DNA of 64,000 bases from Eledone cirrhosa (lineage: Eukaryota), in contig OZ024740.1 of assembly GCA_964016885.1 (NCBI GenBank), forward strand, positions 139,066,001 through 139,130,000, in the 5' to 3' direction. Position numbers and translations under genes: made by a program. Each line of letters begins with the position of its first letter. The stretch's first letter is position 1. Positions 39,701 to 51,311 of this stretch are shown here, one piece after another. The notes beneath the pieces are model-generated. The model was not told the DNA's origin. It ran no database searches and worked only from the letters and a program-made list of their open reading frames with translations.

Positions 39701-42700
39701 TCGTTGTTGTTATTGTTACTGTTGTTGCTGTTGCTATTGTTGTTGTTGCTGTCGTCGTTGTTGTCATTGTTACTGTTGTTTCTGTGGTTGTTGTTGCTAT
39801 TGTTGTTGTTGGTGTCGTCGTTGTTGTTATTGTTACTGTTGTTGCTGTGGTTTTTGTTGCTATTGTTGTTGTTGCTCTCGTCGTTGTTGTCATTGTTACT
39901 GCTGTTGTTGCTGTGGTTGCTGTTGCTATTATTGTTGTTGCTGTCGTCGTTGTTGTCATTGCTACTGTTGTTTCTGTGGTTGTTGTTGCTATTGTTGTTG
40001 TTGCTGTCGTCGTTGTTGTCATTGTTACTCTTGTTTCTGTGGTTGTTTTTGTTATTGTGGTTGTTGCTGCCGTCGTTGTTGTCATTGTTACTGTTGTTGC
40101 TGTGGTTGTTGTTGCTATTGTTGTTGTTGCTGTCGTCGTTGTTGTCATTGTTACTGTTGTTGCTGTGGTTGTTGTTGCTATTGTTGTTGTTGCTGTCGTC
40201 GTTGTTGTCATTGTTACTCTTGTTTCTGTGGTTGTTGTTGCTATTGTTGTTGTTGCTGTCGTCGTTGTTGTCATTGTTACTGTTGTTGCTGTGGTTGTTG
40301 TTGCTATTGTTGTTGTTGCTGTCGTCGTTGTTGTTATTGTTACTGTTGTTTCTGTGGTTGTTGTTGCTATTGTTGTTGTTGCTGTCGTCGTTGTTGTCAT
40401 TCTTACTGCTGTTGTTGCTGTGGTTGCTGTTGCTATTGTTGTTGTTGCTGTCGTCGTTGTTGTCATTGTTACTGTTGTTTCTGTGGTTGTTGTTGCTATT
40501 GTTGTTTTTGCTGTCGTCGTTGTTGTCATTGTTACTGTTGTTGCTGTGGTTGCTGTTGCTATTGTTGTTGTTGCTGTCGTCGTTGTTGTCTTTGTTACTG
40601 CTGTTGCTGTGGTTGTTGTTGCTATTGTTCTTGTTGTTGTCGTCGTTGTTGTCATTGTTACTGTTGTTGCTGTGGTTGTTGTTGCTATTGTTGTTGTTGC
40701 TGTCGTCGTTGTTGTTATTGTTACTGTTGTTGCTGTTGCTATTGTTGTTGTTGCTGTCGTCGTTGTTGTCATTGTTACTGTTGTTTCTGTGGTTGTTGTT
40801 GCTATTGTTGTTGTTGCTGTCGTCGTTGTTGTTATTGTTACTGATGTTTCTGTAGTTGTTGTTGCTATTGTTGTTGTTGCTGTCGTCGTTGTTGTCATTG
40901 TTACTGTTGTTGCTGTGGTTATTGTTGCTATTGTTGTTGTTGCTGTCGTCGTTGTTGTCATTGTTACTGTTGTTGCTGTAGTTGTTGTTGCTATTGTTGT
41001 TGCTATTGCTGTTGTTGCTGTCGTCGTTGTTGTCATTGTTACTGTTGTTGCTGTGGTTGTTGTTGCTATTGTTGTTGTTGCTGTCGTCGTTGTTGTCATT
41101 GTTACTGTTGTTTCTGTGGTTGTTGTTGCTATTGTTGTTGTTGCTGTCGTCGTTGTTGTCATTGTTACTGTTGTTGCTGTGGTTGTTGTTGCTATTGTTG
41201 TTGTTGCTGTCGTCGTTGTTGTCATTGTTACTGTTGTTGCTGTGGTTGCTGTTGCTATTGTTGTTTTTGCTGTCGTCGTTGTTGTCATTGTTACTGCTGT
41301 TGCTGTGGTTGTTGTTGCTATTGTTGTTGTTGCTGTCGTCGTTGTTGTCATTGTTACTGTTGTTGCTGTGGTTGTTGTTGCTATTGTTGTTGTTGCTGTC
41401 GTCGTTGTTGTTATTGTTACTGTTGTTGCTGTTGCTATTGTTGTTGTTGCTGTCGTCGTTGTTGTCATTGTTACTGTTGTTGCTGTGGTTGTTGTTGCTA
41501 TTGTTGTTCTTGGTGTCGTCGTTGTTGTCATTGTTAGTGTTGTTGCTGTGCTTGTTGTTGCTATTGTTGTTGTTGCTGTCGTCGTTGTTGTCATTGTTAC
41601 TGCTGTTTCTCTGCGTGTTGTTGCTATTGTTGTTGTTGCTGTCGTCGTTGTTGTCATTGTTACTGTTGTTGCTGTGGTTGTTGTTGCTATTGTTGTTGTT
41701 GCTGTCGTCGTTGTTGTCATTGTTACTGTTGTTTCTGAGCTTGTTGTTGCTATTGTTGTTGTTGCTGTCGTCGTTGTTGTCATTGTTACTGTTGTTTCTG
41801 TAGTTGTTGTTGCTATTGTTGTTGTTGCTGTCGTCGTTGTTGTCATTGTTACTGTTGTTTCTGTTGCTGTTGTTGTCGTTGCTGTCGTCGTTGTTGTCAT
41901 TGTTACTGTTGTTGCTGTGGTTGTTGTTGCTATTGTTGTTCTTGCTGTCGTCGTTGTTGTCATTGTTACTGTTGTTGCTGTGCTTGTTGTTGCTATTGTT
42001 GTTGTTGCTGTCGTCGTTGTTGTCATTGTTACTGTTGTTGCTATGGTTGTTGTTGCTATTGTTGTTGTTGCTGTCGTCGTTGTTGTCATTGTTACTGTTG
42101 TTTCTGTGGTTGTTGTTGCTATTGTTGTTGTTGCTGTCGTCTTTGTATTCATTGTTACTGTTGTTGCTGTGGTTGTTGTTGCTATTGTTGTTGTTGTTGC
42201 TGTCGTCGTTGTTGTCATTGTTACTGTTGTTTCTGTGGTTGTTGTTGCTATTGTTGTTGTTGCTGTCGTCGTTGTTGTCATTGTTACTGTTGTTGCTGTG
42301 GTTGTTGTTGCTATTGTTGTCCTTGGTGTCGTCGTTGTTGTCATTGTTAGTGTTGTTGCTGTGCTTGTTGTTGCTATTGTTGTTGTTGCTGTCGTCGTTG
42401 TTGTCATTGTTACTGCTGTTTCTGTGGTTGTTGTTGCTATTGTTGTTGTTGCTGTCGTCGTTGTTGTCATTGTTACTCTTGTTTCTGTGGTTGTTGTTGC
42501 TATTGTTGTTGTTGCTGTCGCCGTTGTTGTCATTGTTGCTGTCGTTGCTGTGGTTGTTGTTGCTATTGTTACTGTTGCTGTCGTCGTTGTTGTCATTGTT
42601 ACTGTTGTTTCTGTGGTTGTTGTTGCTATTGTTGTTGCTATTGTTGTTGTTGCTGTCGTCGTTGTTGTAATTGTTACTGTTGTTGCTGTGGTTGTTGTTG

Positions 42701-45700
42701 CTATTGTTGTTGTTGCTGTCGTCGTTGTTGTCATTGTTACTGTTGTTTCTGTAGTTGTTGTTGCTATTGTTGTTGTTGCTGTCGTCGTTGTTGTCATTGT
42801 TACTGTTGTTGCTGTGGTTATTGTTGCTATTGTTGTTGTTGCTGTCGTCGTTGTTGTCATTGTTACTGTTGTTTCTGTGGTTGTTGTTGCTATTGTTGTT
42901 GTTGCTGTCGTCGTTGTTGTCATTCTTACTGCTGTTGTGGCTGTGGTTGCTGTTGCTATTGTTGTTGTTGCTGTCGTCGTTGTTGTCATTGCTACTGTTG
43001 TTTCTGTGGTTGTTGTTGCTATTGTTGTTGTTGCTGTCGTCGTTGTTGTTATTGTTACTGTTGTTGCTGTTGCTATTGTTGTTGTTGCTGTCGTCGTTGT
43101 TGTCATTGTTACTGTTGTTTCTGTGGTTGTTGTTGCTATTGTTGTTGTTGCTGTCGTCGTTGTTGTCATTGTTACTGTTGTTTCTGTGGTTGTTGTTGCT
43201 ATTGTTGTTGTTGCTGTCGTCGTTGTTGTCATTGTTACTGTTGTTGCTGTGGTTGTTGTTGCTATTGTTGTTGTTGCTGTCGTCGTTGTTGTCATTGTCA
43301 CTGTTGTTTCTGTGGTTGTTGTTGCTATTGTTGTTGTTGCTGTCGTCGTTGTTGTCATTCTTACTGCTGTTGTGGCTGTGGTTGCTGTTGCTATTGTTGT
43401 TGTTGCTGTCGTCGTTGTTGTCATTGTGACTGTTGTTGCTGTGGTTGTTGTTGTTATTGTTGTTGTTGCTGTCGTCGTTGTTGTTATTGTTACTGTTGTT
43501 GCTGTTGCTATTGTTGTTGTTGCTGTCGTCGTTGTTGTCATTGTTACTGTTGTTTCTGTGGTTGTTGTTGCTATTGTTGTTGTTGGTGTCGTCGTTGTTG
43601 TTATTGTTACTGTTGTTGCTGTGGTTTTTGTTGCTATTGTTGTTGTTGCTCTCGTCGTTGTTGTCATTGTTACTGCTGTTGTTGCTGTGGTTGCTGTTGC
43701 TATTATTGTTGTTGCTGTCGTCGTTGTTGTCATTGCTACTGTTGTTTCTGTGGTTGTTGTTGCTATTGTTGTTGTTGCTGTCGTCGTTGTTGTCATTGTT
43801 ACTCTTGTTTCTGTGGTTGTTTTTGTTATTGTGGTTGTTGCTGCCGTCGTTGTTGTCATTGTTACTGTTGTTGCTGTGGTTGTTGTTGCTATTGTTGTTG
43901 TTGCTGTCGTCGTTGTTGTCATTGTTACTGTTGTTGCTGTGGTTGTTGTTGCTATTGTTGTTGTTGCTGTCGTCGTTGTTGTCATTGTTACTCTTGTTTC
44001 TGTGGTTGTTGTTGCTATTGTTGTTGTTGCTGTCGTCGTTGTTGTCATTGTTACTGTTGTTGCTGTGGTTGTTGTTGCTATTGTTGTTGTTGCTGTCGTC
44101 GTTGTTGTTATTGTTACTGTTGTTTCTGTGGTTGTTGTTGCTATTGTTGTTGTTGCTGTCGTCGTTGTTGTCATTCTTACTGCTGTTGTTGCTGTGGTTG
44201 CTGTTGCTATTGTTGTTGTTGCTGTCGTCGTTGTTGTCATTGTTACTGTTGTTTCTGTGGTTGTTGTTGCTATTGTTGTTTTTGCTGTCGTCGTTGTTGT
44301 CATTGTTACTGTTGTTGCTGTGGTTGCTGTTGCTATTGTTGTTGTTGCTGTCGTCGTTGTTGTCTTTGTTACTGCTGTTGCTGTGGTTGTTGTTGCTATT
44401 GTTCTTGTTGTTGTCGTCGTTGTTGTCATTGTTACTGTTGTTGCTGTGGTTGTTGTTGCTATTGTTGTTGTTGCTGTCGTCGTTGTTGTTATTGTTACTG
44501 TTGTTGCTGTTGCTATTGTTGTTGTTGCTGTCGTCGTTGTTGTCATTGTTACTGTTGTTTCTGTGGTTGTTGTTGCTATTGTTGTTGTTGCTGTCGTCGT
44601 TGTTGTTATTGTTACTGATGTTTCTGTAGTTGTTGTTGCTATTGTTGTTGTTGCTGTCGTCGTTGTTGTCATTGTTACTGTTGTTGCTGTGGTTATTGTT
44701 GCTATTGTTGTTGTTGCTGTCGTCGTTGTTGTCATTGTTACTGTTGTTGCTGTAGTTGTTGTTGCTATTGTTGTTGCTATTGCTGTTGTTGCTGTCGTCG
44801 TTGTTGTCATTGTTACTGTTGTTGCTGTGGTTGTTGTTGCTATTGTTGTTGTTGCTGTCGTCGTTGTTGTCATTGTTACTGTTGTTTCTGTGGTTGTTGT
44901 TGCTATTGTTGTTGTTGCTGTCGTCGTTGTTGTCATTGTTACTGTTGTTGCTGTGGTTGTTGTTGCTATTGTTGTTGTTGCTGTCGTCGTTGTTGTCATT
45001 GTTACTGTTGTTGCTGTGGTTGCTGTTGCTATTGTTGTTTTTGCTGTCGTCGTTGTTGTCATTGTTACTGCTGTTGCTGTGGTTGTTGTTGCTATTGTTG
45101 TTGTTGCTGTCGTCGTTGTTGTCATTGTTACTGTTGTTGCTGTGGTTGTTGTTGCTATTGTTGTTGTTGCTGTCGTCGTTGTTGTTATTGTTACTGTTGT
45201 TGCTGTTGCTATTGTTGTTGTTGCTGTCGTCGTTGTTGTTATTGTTACTGTTGTTTCTGTGGTTGTTGTTGCTATTGTTGTTGTGGCTGTCGTCGTTGTT
45301 GTCATTCTTACTGCTGTTGTTGCTGTGGTTGCTGTTGCTATTGTTGTTGTTGCTGTCGTCGTTGTTGTCATTGTTACTGTTGTTGCTGTGGTTGTTGTTG
45401 CTATTGTTGTTGTTGCTGTCGTCGTTGTTGTCATTGTTACTGTTGTTGCTGTGGTTGTTGTTGCTATTGTTGTTGTTGCTCTCGTCGTTGTTGTCATTGT
45501 TACTGTTGTTTGTGTAGTTGTTGTTGCTATTGTTGTTGTTGCTGTCGTCGTTGTTGTCATTGTTACTGTTGTTGCTGTGGTTGTTGTTGCTATTGTTGTT
45601 GTTGCTGTCGTCGTTGTTGTCATTGTTACTGTTGTTTCTGTGGTTGTTGTTGCTATTGTTGTTGTTGCTGTCGTCGTTGTTGTCATTGTTACTGTTGTTT

Positions 45701-48700
45701 CTGTGGTTGTTGTTGCTATTGTTGTTGTTGCTGTCGTCGTTGTTGTCATTGTTACTGTTGTTTCTGTAGTTGTTGTTGCTATTGTTGTTGTTGTTGTCGT
45801 CGTTGTTGTCATTGTTACTGTTGTTTCTGTGGTTGTTGTTGTTATTGCTGTTGTTGCTGTCGTCGTTGTTGTCATTGTTACTGTTGTTTCTGTGGTTGTT
45901 GTTGCTATTGTTGTTGTTGCTGTCGTCGTTGCTGTCATTGTTACTGTTGTTTCTGTGGTTGTTGTTGCTATTGTTGTTGTTGCTGTCGTCGTTGTTGTCA
46001 TTGTTACTGTTGTTTCTGTGGTTGTTGTTGCTATTGTTGTTGTTGCTGTCGTCGTTGTTGTCATTGTTACTGTTGTTTCTGTGGTTGTTGTTGCTATTGT
46101 TGTTGTTGCTGTCGTCGTTGTTGTCTTTGTTACTGTTGTTGCTGTGGTTGTTGTTGCTATTGTTGTTGTTGGTGTCGTCGTTGTTGTCATTGTTACTGTT
46201 GTTTCTGTGGTTGTTGTTGCTATTGTTGTTGCTATTGTTGTTGCTGTCGTCGTTGTTGTCATTGTTACTGTTGTTTCTGTAGTTGTTGTTGCTATTGTTG
46301 TTGTTGCTGTCGTCGTTGTTGTTATTGTTACTGTTGTTTCTGTGGTTGTTGTTGCTATTGTTGTTGTTGCTGTCGTCGTTGTTGTCATTCTTACTGCTGT
46401 TGTGGCTGTGGTTGCTGTTGCTATTGTTGTTGTTGCTGTCGTCGTTGTTGTCATTGCTACTGTTGTTTCTGTGGTTGTTGTTGCTATTGTTGTTGTTGCT
46501 GTCGTCGTTGTTGTTATTGTTACTGTTGTTGCTGTTGCTATTGTTGTTGTTGCTGTCGTCGTTGTTGTCATTGTTACTGTTGTTTCTGTGGTTGTTGTTG
46601 CTATTGTTGTTGTTGCTGTCGTCGTTGTTGTCATTGTTACTGTTGTTTCTGTGGTTGTTGTTGCTATTGTTGTTGTTGCTGTCGTCGTTGTTGTCATTGT
46701 TACTGTTGTTGCTGTGGTTGTTGTTGCTATTGTTGTTGTTGCTGTCGTCGTTGTTGTCATTGTCACTGTTGTTTCTGTGGTTGTTGTTGCTATTGTTGTT
46801 GTTGCTGTCGTCGTTGTTGTCATTCTTACTGCTGTTGTGGCTGTGGTTGCTGTTGCTATTGTTGTTGTTGCTGTCGTCGTTGTTGTCATTGTGACTGTTG
46901 TTGCTGTGGTTGTTGTTGTTATTGTTGTTGTTGCTGTCGTCGTTGTTGTTATTGTTACTGTTGTTGCTGTTGCTATTGTTGTTGTTGCTGTCGTCGTTGT
47001 TGTCATTGTTACTGTTGTTTCTGTGGTTGTTGTTGCTATTGTTGTTGTTGGTGTCGTCGTTGTTGTTATTGTTACTGTTGTTGCTGTGGTTTTTGTTGCT
47101 ATTGTTGTTGTTGCTCTCGTCGTTGTTGTCATTGTTACTGCTGTTGTTGCTGTGGTTGCTGTTGCTATTATTGTTGTTGCTGTCGTCGTTGTTGTCATTG
47201 CTACTGTTGTTTCTGTGGTTGTTGTTGCTATTGTTGTTGTTGCTGTCGTCGTTGTTGTCATTGTTACTCTTGTTTCTGTGGTTGTTTTTGTTATTGTGGT
47301 TGTTGCTGCCGTCGTTGTTGTCATTGTTACTGTTGTTGCTGTGGTTGTTGTTGCTATTGTTGTTGTTGCTGTCGTCGTTGTTGTCATTGTTACTGTTGTT
47401 GCTGTGGTTGTTGTTGCTATTGTTGTTGTTGCTGTCGTCGTTGTTGTCATTGTTACTCTTGTTTCTGTGGTTGTTGTTGCTATTGTTGTTGTTGCTGTCG
47501 TCGTTGTTGTCATTGTTACTGTTGTTGCTGTGGTTGTTGTTGCTATTGTTGTTGTTGCTGTCGTCGTTGTTGTTATTGTTACTGTTGTTTCTGTGGTTGT
47601 TGTTGCTATTGTTGTTGTTGCTGTCGTCGTTGTTGTCATTCTTACTGCTGTTGTTGCTGTGGTTGCTGTTGCTATTGTTGTTGTTGCTGTCGTCGTTGTT
47701 GTCATTGTTACTGTTGTTTCTGTGGTTGTTGTTGCTATTGTTGTTTTTGCTGTCGTCGTTGTTGTCATTGTTACTGTTGTTGCTGTGGTTGCTGTTGCTA
47801 TTGTTGTTGTTGCTGTCGTCGTTGTTGTCTTTGTTACTGCTGTTGCTGTGGTTGTTGTTGCTATTGTTCTTGTTGTTGTCGTCGTTGTTGTCATTGTTAC
47901 TGTTGTTGCTGTGGTTGTTGTTGCTATTGTTGTTGTTGCTGTCGTCGTTGTTGTTATTGTTACTGTTGTTGCTGTTGCTATTGTTGTTGTTGCTGTCGTC
48001 GTTGTTGTCATTGTTACTGTTGTTTCTGTGGTTGTTGTTGCTATTGTTGTTGTTGCTGTCGTCGTTGTTGTTATTGTTACTGATGTTTCTGTAGTTGTTG
48101 TTGCTATTGTTGTTGTTGCTGTCGTCGTTGTTGTCATTGTTACTGTTGTTGCTGTGGTTATTGTTGCTATTGTTGTTGTTGCTGTCGTCGTTGTTGTCAT
48201 TGTTACTGTTGTTGCTGTAGTTGTTGTTGCTATTGTTGTTGCTATTGCTGTTGTTGCTGTCGTCGTTGTTGTCATTGTTACTGTTGTTGCTGTGGTTGTT
48301 GTTGCTATTGTTGTTGTTGCTGTCGTCGTTGTTGTCATTGTTACTGTTGTTTCTGTGGTTGTTGTTGCTATTGTTGTTGTTGCTGTCGTCGTTGTTGTCA
48401 TTGTTACTGTTGTTGCTGTGGTTGTTGTTGCTATTGTTGTTGTTGCTGTCGTCGTTGTTGTCATTGTTACTGTTGTTGCTGTGGTTGCTGTTGCTATTGT
48501 TGTTTTTGCTGTCGTCGTTGTTGTCATTGTTACTGCTGTTGCTGTGGTTGTTGTTGCTATTGTTGTTGTTGCTGTCGTCGTTGTTGTCATTGTTACTGTT
48601 GTTGCTGTGGTTGTTGTTGCTATTGTTGTTGTTGCTGTCGTCGTTGTTGTTATTGTTACTGTTGTTGCTGTTGCTATTGTTGTTGTTGCTGTCGTCGTTG

Positions 48701-50265
48701 TTGTTATTGTTACTGTTGTTTCTGTGGTTGTTGTTGCTATTGTTGTTGTGGCTGTCGTCGTTGTTGTCATTCTTACTGCTGTTGTTGCTGTGGTTGCTGT
48801 TGCTATTGTTGTTGTTGCTGTCGTCGTTGTTGTCATTGTTACTGTTGTTGCTGTGGTTGTTGTTGCTATTGTTGTTGTTGCTGTCGTCGTTGTTGTCATT
48901 GTTACTGTTGTTGCTGTGGTTGTTGTTGCTATTGTTGTTGTTGCTCTCGTCGTTGTTGTCATTGTTACTGTTGTTTGTGTAGTTGTTGTTGCTATTGTTG
49001 TTGTTGCTGTCGTCGTTGTTGTCATTGTTACTGTTGTTGCTGTGGTTGTTGTTGCTATTGTTGTTGTTGCTGTCGTCGTTGTTGTCATTGTTACTGTTGT
49101 TTCTGTGGTTGTTGTTGCTATTGTTGTTGTTGCTGTCGTCGTTGTTGTCATTGTTACTGTTGTTTCTGTGGTTGTTGTTGCTATTGTTGTTGTTGCTGTC
49201 GTCGTTGTTGTCATTGTTACTGTTGTTTCTGTAGTTGTTGTTGCTATTGTTGTTGTTGTTGTCGTCGTTGTTGTCATTGTTACTGTTGTTTCTGTGGTTG
49301 TTGTTGTTATTGCTGTTGTTGCTGTCGTCGTTGTTGTCATTGTTACTGTTGTTTCTGTGGTTGTTGTTGCTATTGTTGTTGTTGCTGTCGTCGTTGCTGT
49401 CATTGTTACTGTTGTTTCTGTGGTTGTTGTTGCTATTGTTGTTGTTGCTGTCGTCGTTGTTGTCATTGTTACTGTTGTTTCTGTGGTTGTTGTTGCTATT
49501 GTTGTTGTTGCTGTCGTCGTTGTTGTCATTGTTACTGTTGTTTCTGTGGTTGTTGTTGCTATTGTTGTTGTTGCTGTCGTCGTTGTTGTCTTTGTTACTG
49601 TTGTTGCTGTGGTTGTTGTTGCTATTGTTGTTGTTGGTGTCGTCGTTGTTGTCATTGTTACTGTTGTTTCTGTGGTTGTTGTTGCTATTGTTGTTGCTAT
49701 TGTTGTTGCTGTCGTCGTTGTTGTCATTGTTACTGTTGTTTCTGTAGTTGTTGTTGCTATTGTTGTTGTTGCTGTCGTCGTTGTTGTTATTGTTACTGTT
49801 GTTTCTGTGGTTGTTGTTGCTATTGTTGTTGTTGCTGTCGTCGTTGTTGTCATTGTTACTGTTGTTGCTGTTGTTGTTGTTGCTATTGTTGTTGTTGCTG
49901 TCGTCGTTGTTGTCATTGTTACTGTCGTTGCTGTGGTTGTTGTTGCTATTGTTGTTGTTGCTGTCGTCGTTGTTGTCATTGTTACTGTTGTTGCTGTGTT
50001 TGCTGTTGCTATTGTTGTTGTTGCTGTCGTCGTTGTTGTCATTGTTACTGTTGTTGCTGTGGTTGTTGTTGCTATTGTTGTTGTTGCTGTCGTCGTTGTT
50101 GTCATTGTTACTGTTGTTGCTGTGGTTGTTGTTGCTATTGTTGTTGTTGCTGTCGTCGTTGTTGTCATTGTTACTGTTGTTTCTGTGGTTGTTGTTGCTA
50201 TTGTTGTTGTTGCTGTCGTCGTTGTTGTCATTGTTACTGTTGTTGCTGTGGTTGTTGTTGCTGTT
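15761..50265. repeat. Satellite array B: ~550 copies of the 63-bp (GTT/AAC)-derived unit with higher-order duplications
   Basis: Directly visible. Recurrent ORF blocks give offsets of 2892, 6912, 3774 and 3465 bp. Frame is kept across the whole 34.5 kb. Confidence 0.98.
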
Positions 50266-51200
50266 GTGCATTGCAGCAATCCAGCCCCTGAACACGGGTC
50301 CGAAGCCTGCCGCCTCGAGCACCGCATCCAGGTAACGATGGTCAACCCTATCGAAAGCCTTACACTTATCCAAGTTGATCAGGGCCCCACCGAAGCCGGG
50401 TTTACATCCAACCCTCTCTATGATGTATCGCATATGGTGGAGGTTGTCGTGTATGGACCTGGTCGGGATTGCGCATGTCTGCGTTTCTCTCACCAGGTTT
50501 TCGACGACAAGCGCCAGCCTCTTTGCCAAGACCTTGGCCAAAATCTATAACTCTGTGTTTAGCAGAGTTATGGGCCGGAAGTTTCCTATGTCATCCCCCT
50601 TATTCTCGTCCTTCCTGACTAGTGTGACTACGCCCCTGGTCACAGAACTGGTAATTCTCCCGTTCTGCTGCCAGTTGCAGTAGACCGCTTCCAGAAGACC
50701 GGAGAACAAGTCCGGCATTGTTACGTAAAATTCGTAGGGTAGACCGTCGAGACCTGGAGATTTGCGTTTGCCGCATTGGCTCAGCACGTCCCCTATCTCA
50801 GCGGCTGAAATCGGCTTTTCGCAGAACTTTGCTTCGCTGGCCGAGAGGCGCGGTAGGCCGTCGAGGTATGGATTGAAATCCATAGACCTTCCCGGCGCTC
50901 CGCCCTGCCCGAATAGCTGAGCAAAGTGCCGCTGAAAGGCCACGCGCATCTGCTTCGGCTCACGTATCACGCGTCCGTCATGGTCCTTCAAAGACCGAAT
51001 CGTGGACTAGTTGCCACTTTTTGCCTCCGTCACCCGGGCCCAGAGCACGTATTTTGCTTCTGACAACGCATCCCTCATGTTTTGCGTCGAAGAACTGGTC
51101 CAAGGCCGTTCTCGTTGCTAGCACGCTGGCTACGTTGCCACTTCTAATTGCCTCTTCTAATTTATCTATCAGTTCCTTCTCGGTCCTATTTCTAATTAAC
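50260..51200 (-). pseudogene. Disabled L1/Tx1-type LINE ORF2 fragment (linker and N-terminal RT), 3' part replaced by satellite
   Basis: KSPGLDGLPYEFY, NFRPITLLNTEL* (TAG at 50545-50547 where the intact copy has CAG), LDKCKAFDRVDH. A 29-bp frameshifting deletion near 51040 and a further stop (GN*S), relative to the neighbouring copy. Confidence 0.92.
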
Positions 51201-51227
51201 ACTAACTATTTACTACAAACTAACGAG

Positions 51228-51231
<4 letters not shown>

Positions 51232-51276
<45 letters not shown>

Positions 51277-51310
51277 TATATAGATATATAGATATATAGA
51301 TAGATAGATA
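51232..51310. repeat. (TA)n grading into (GATA)n microsatellite
   Basis: Directly visible; separates the two LINE copies. Confidence 0.9.
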
Positions 51311-51311
51311 A

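Noticed and set aside
3510-50265. CRISPR array interpretation of the 17-bp or 63-bp repeats
   Set aside because: No unique spacers and no cas genes; the context is eukaryotic.
11676-50335. Dozens of poly-Leu, poly-Cys, poly-Val and poly-Thr ORFs as real membrane, metallothionein-like or mucin genes
   Set aside because: They are alternative frames of one triplet-derived satellite, with no signal peptide, no unique host domain and no evident synonymous bias. Kept only as an open question under findings.
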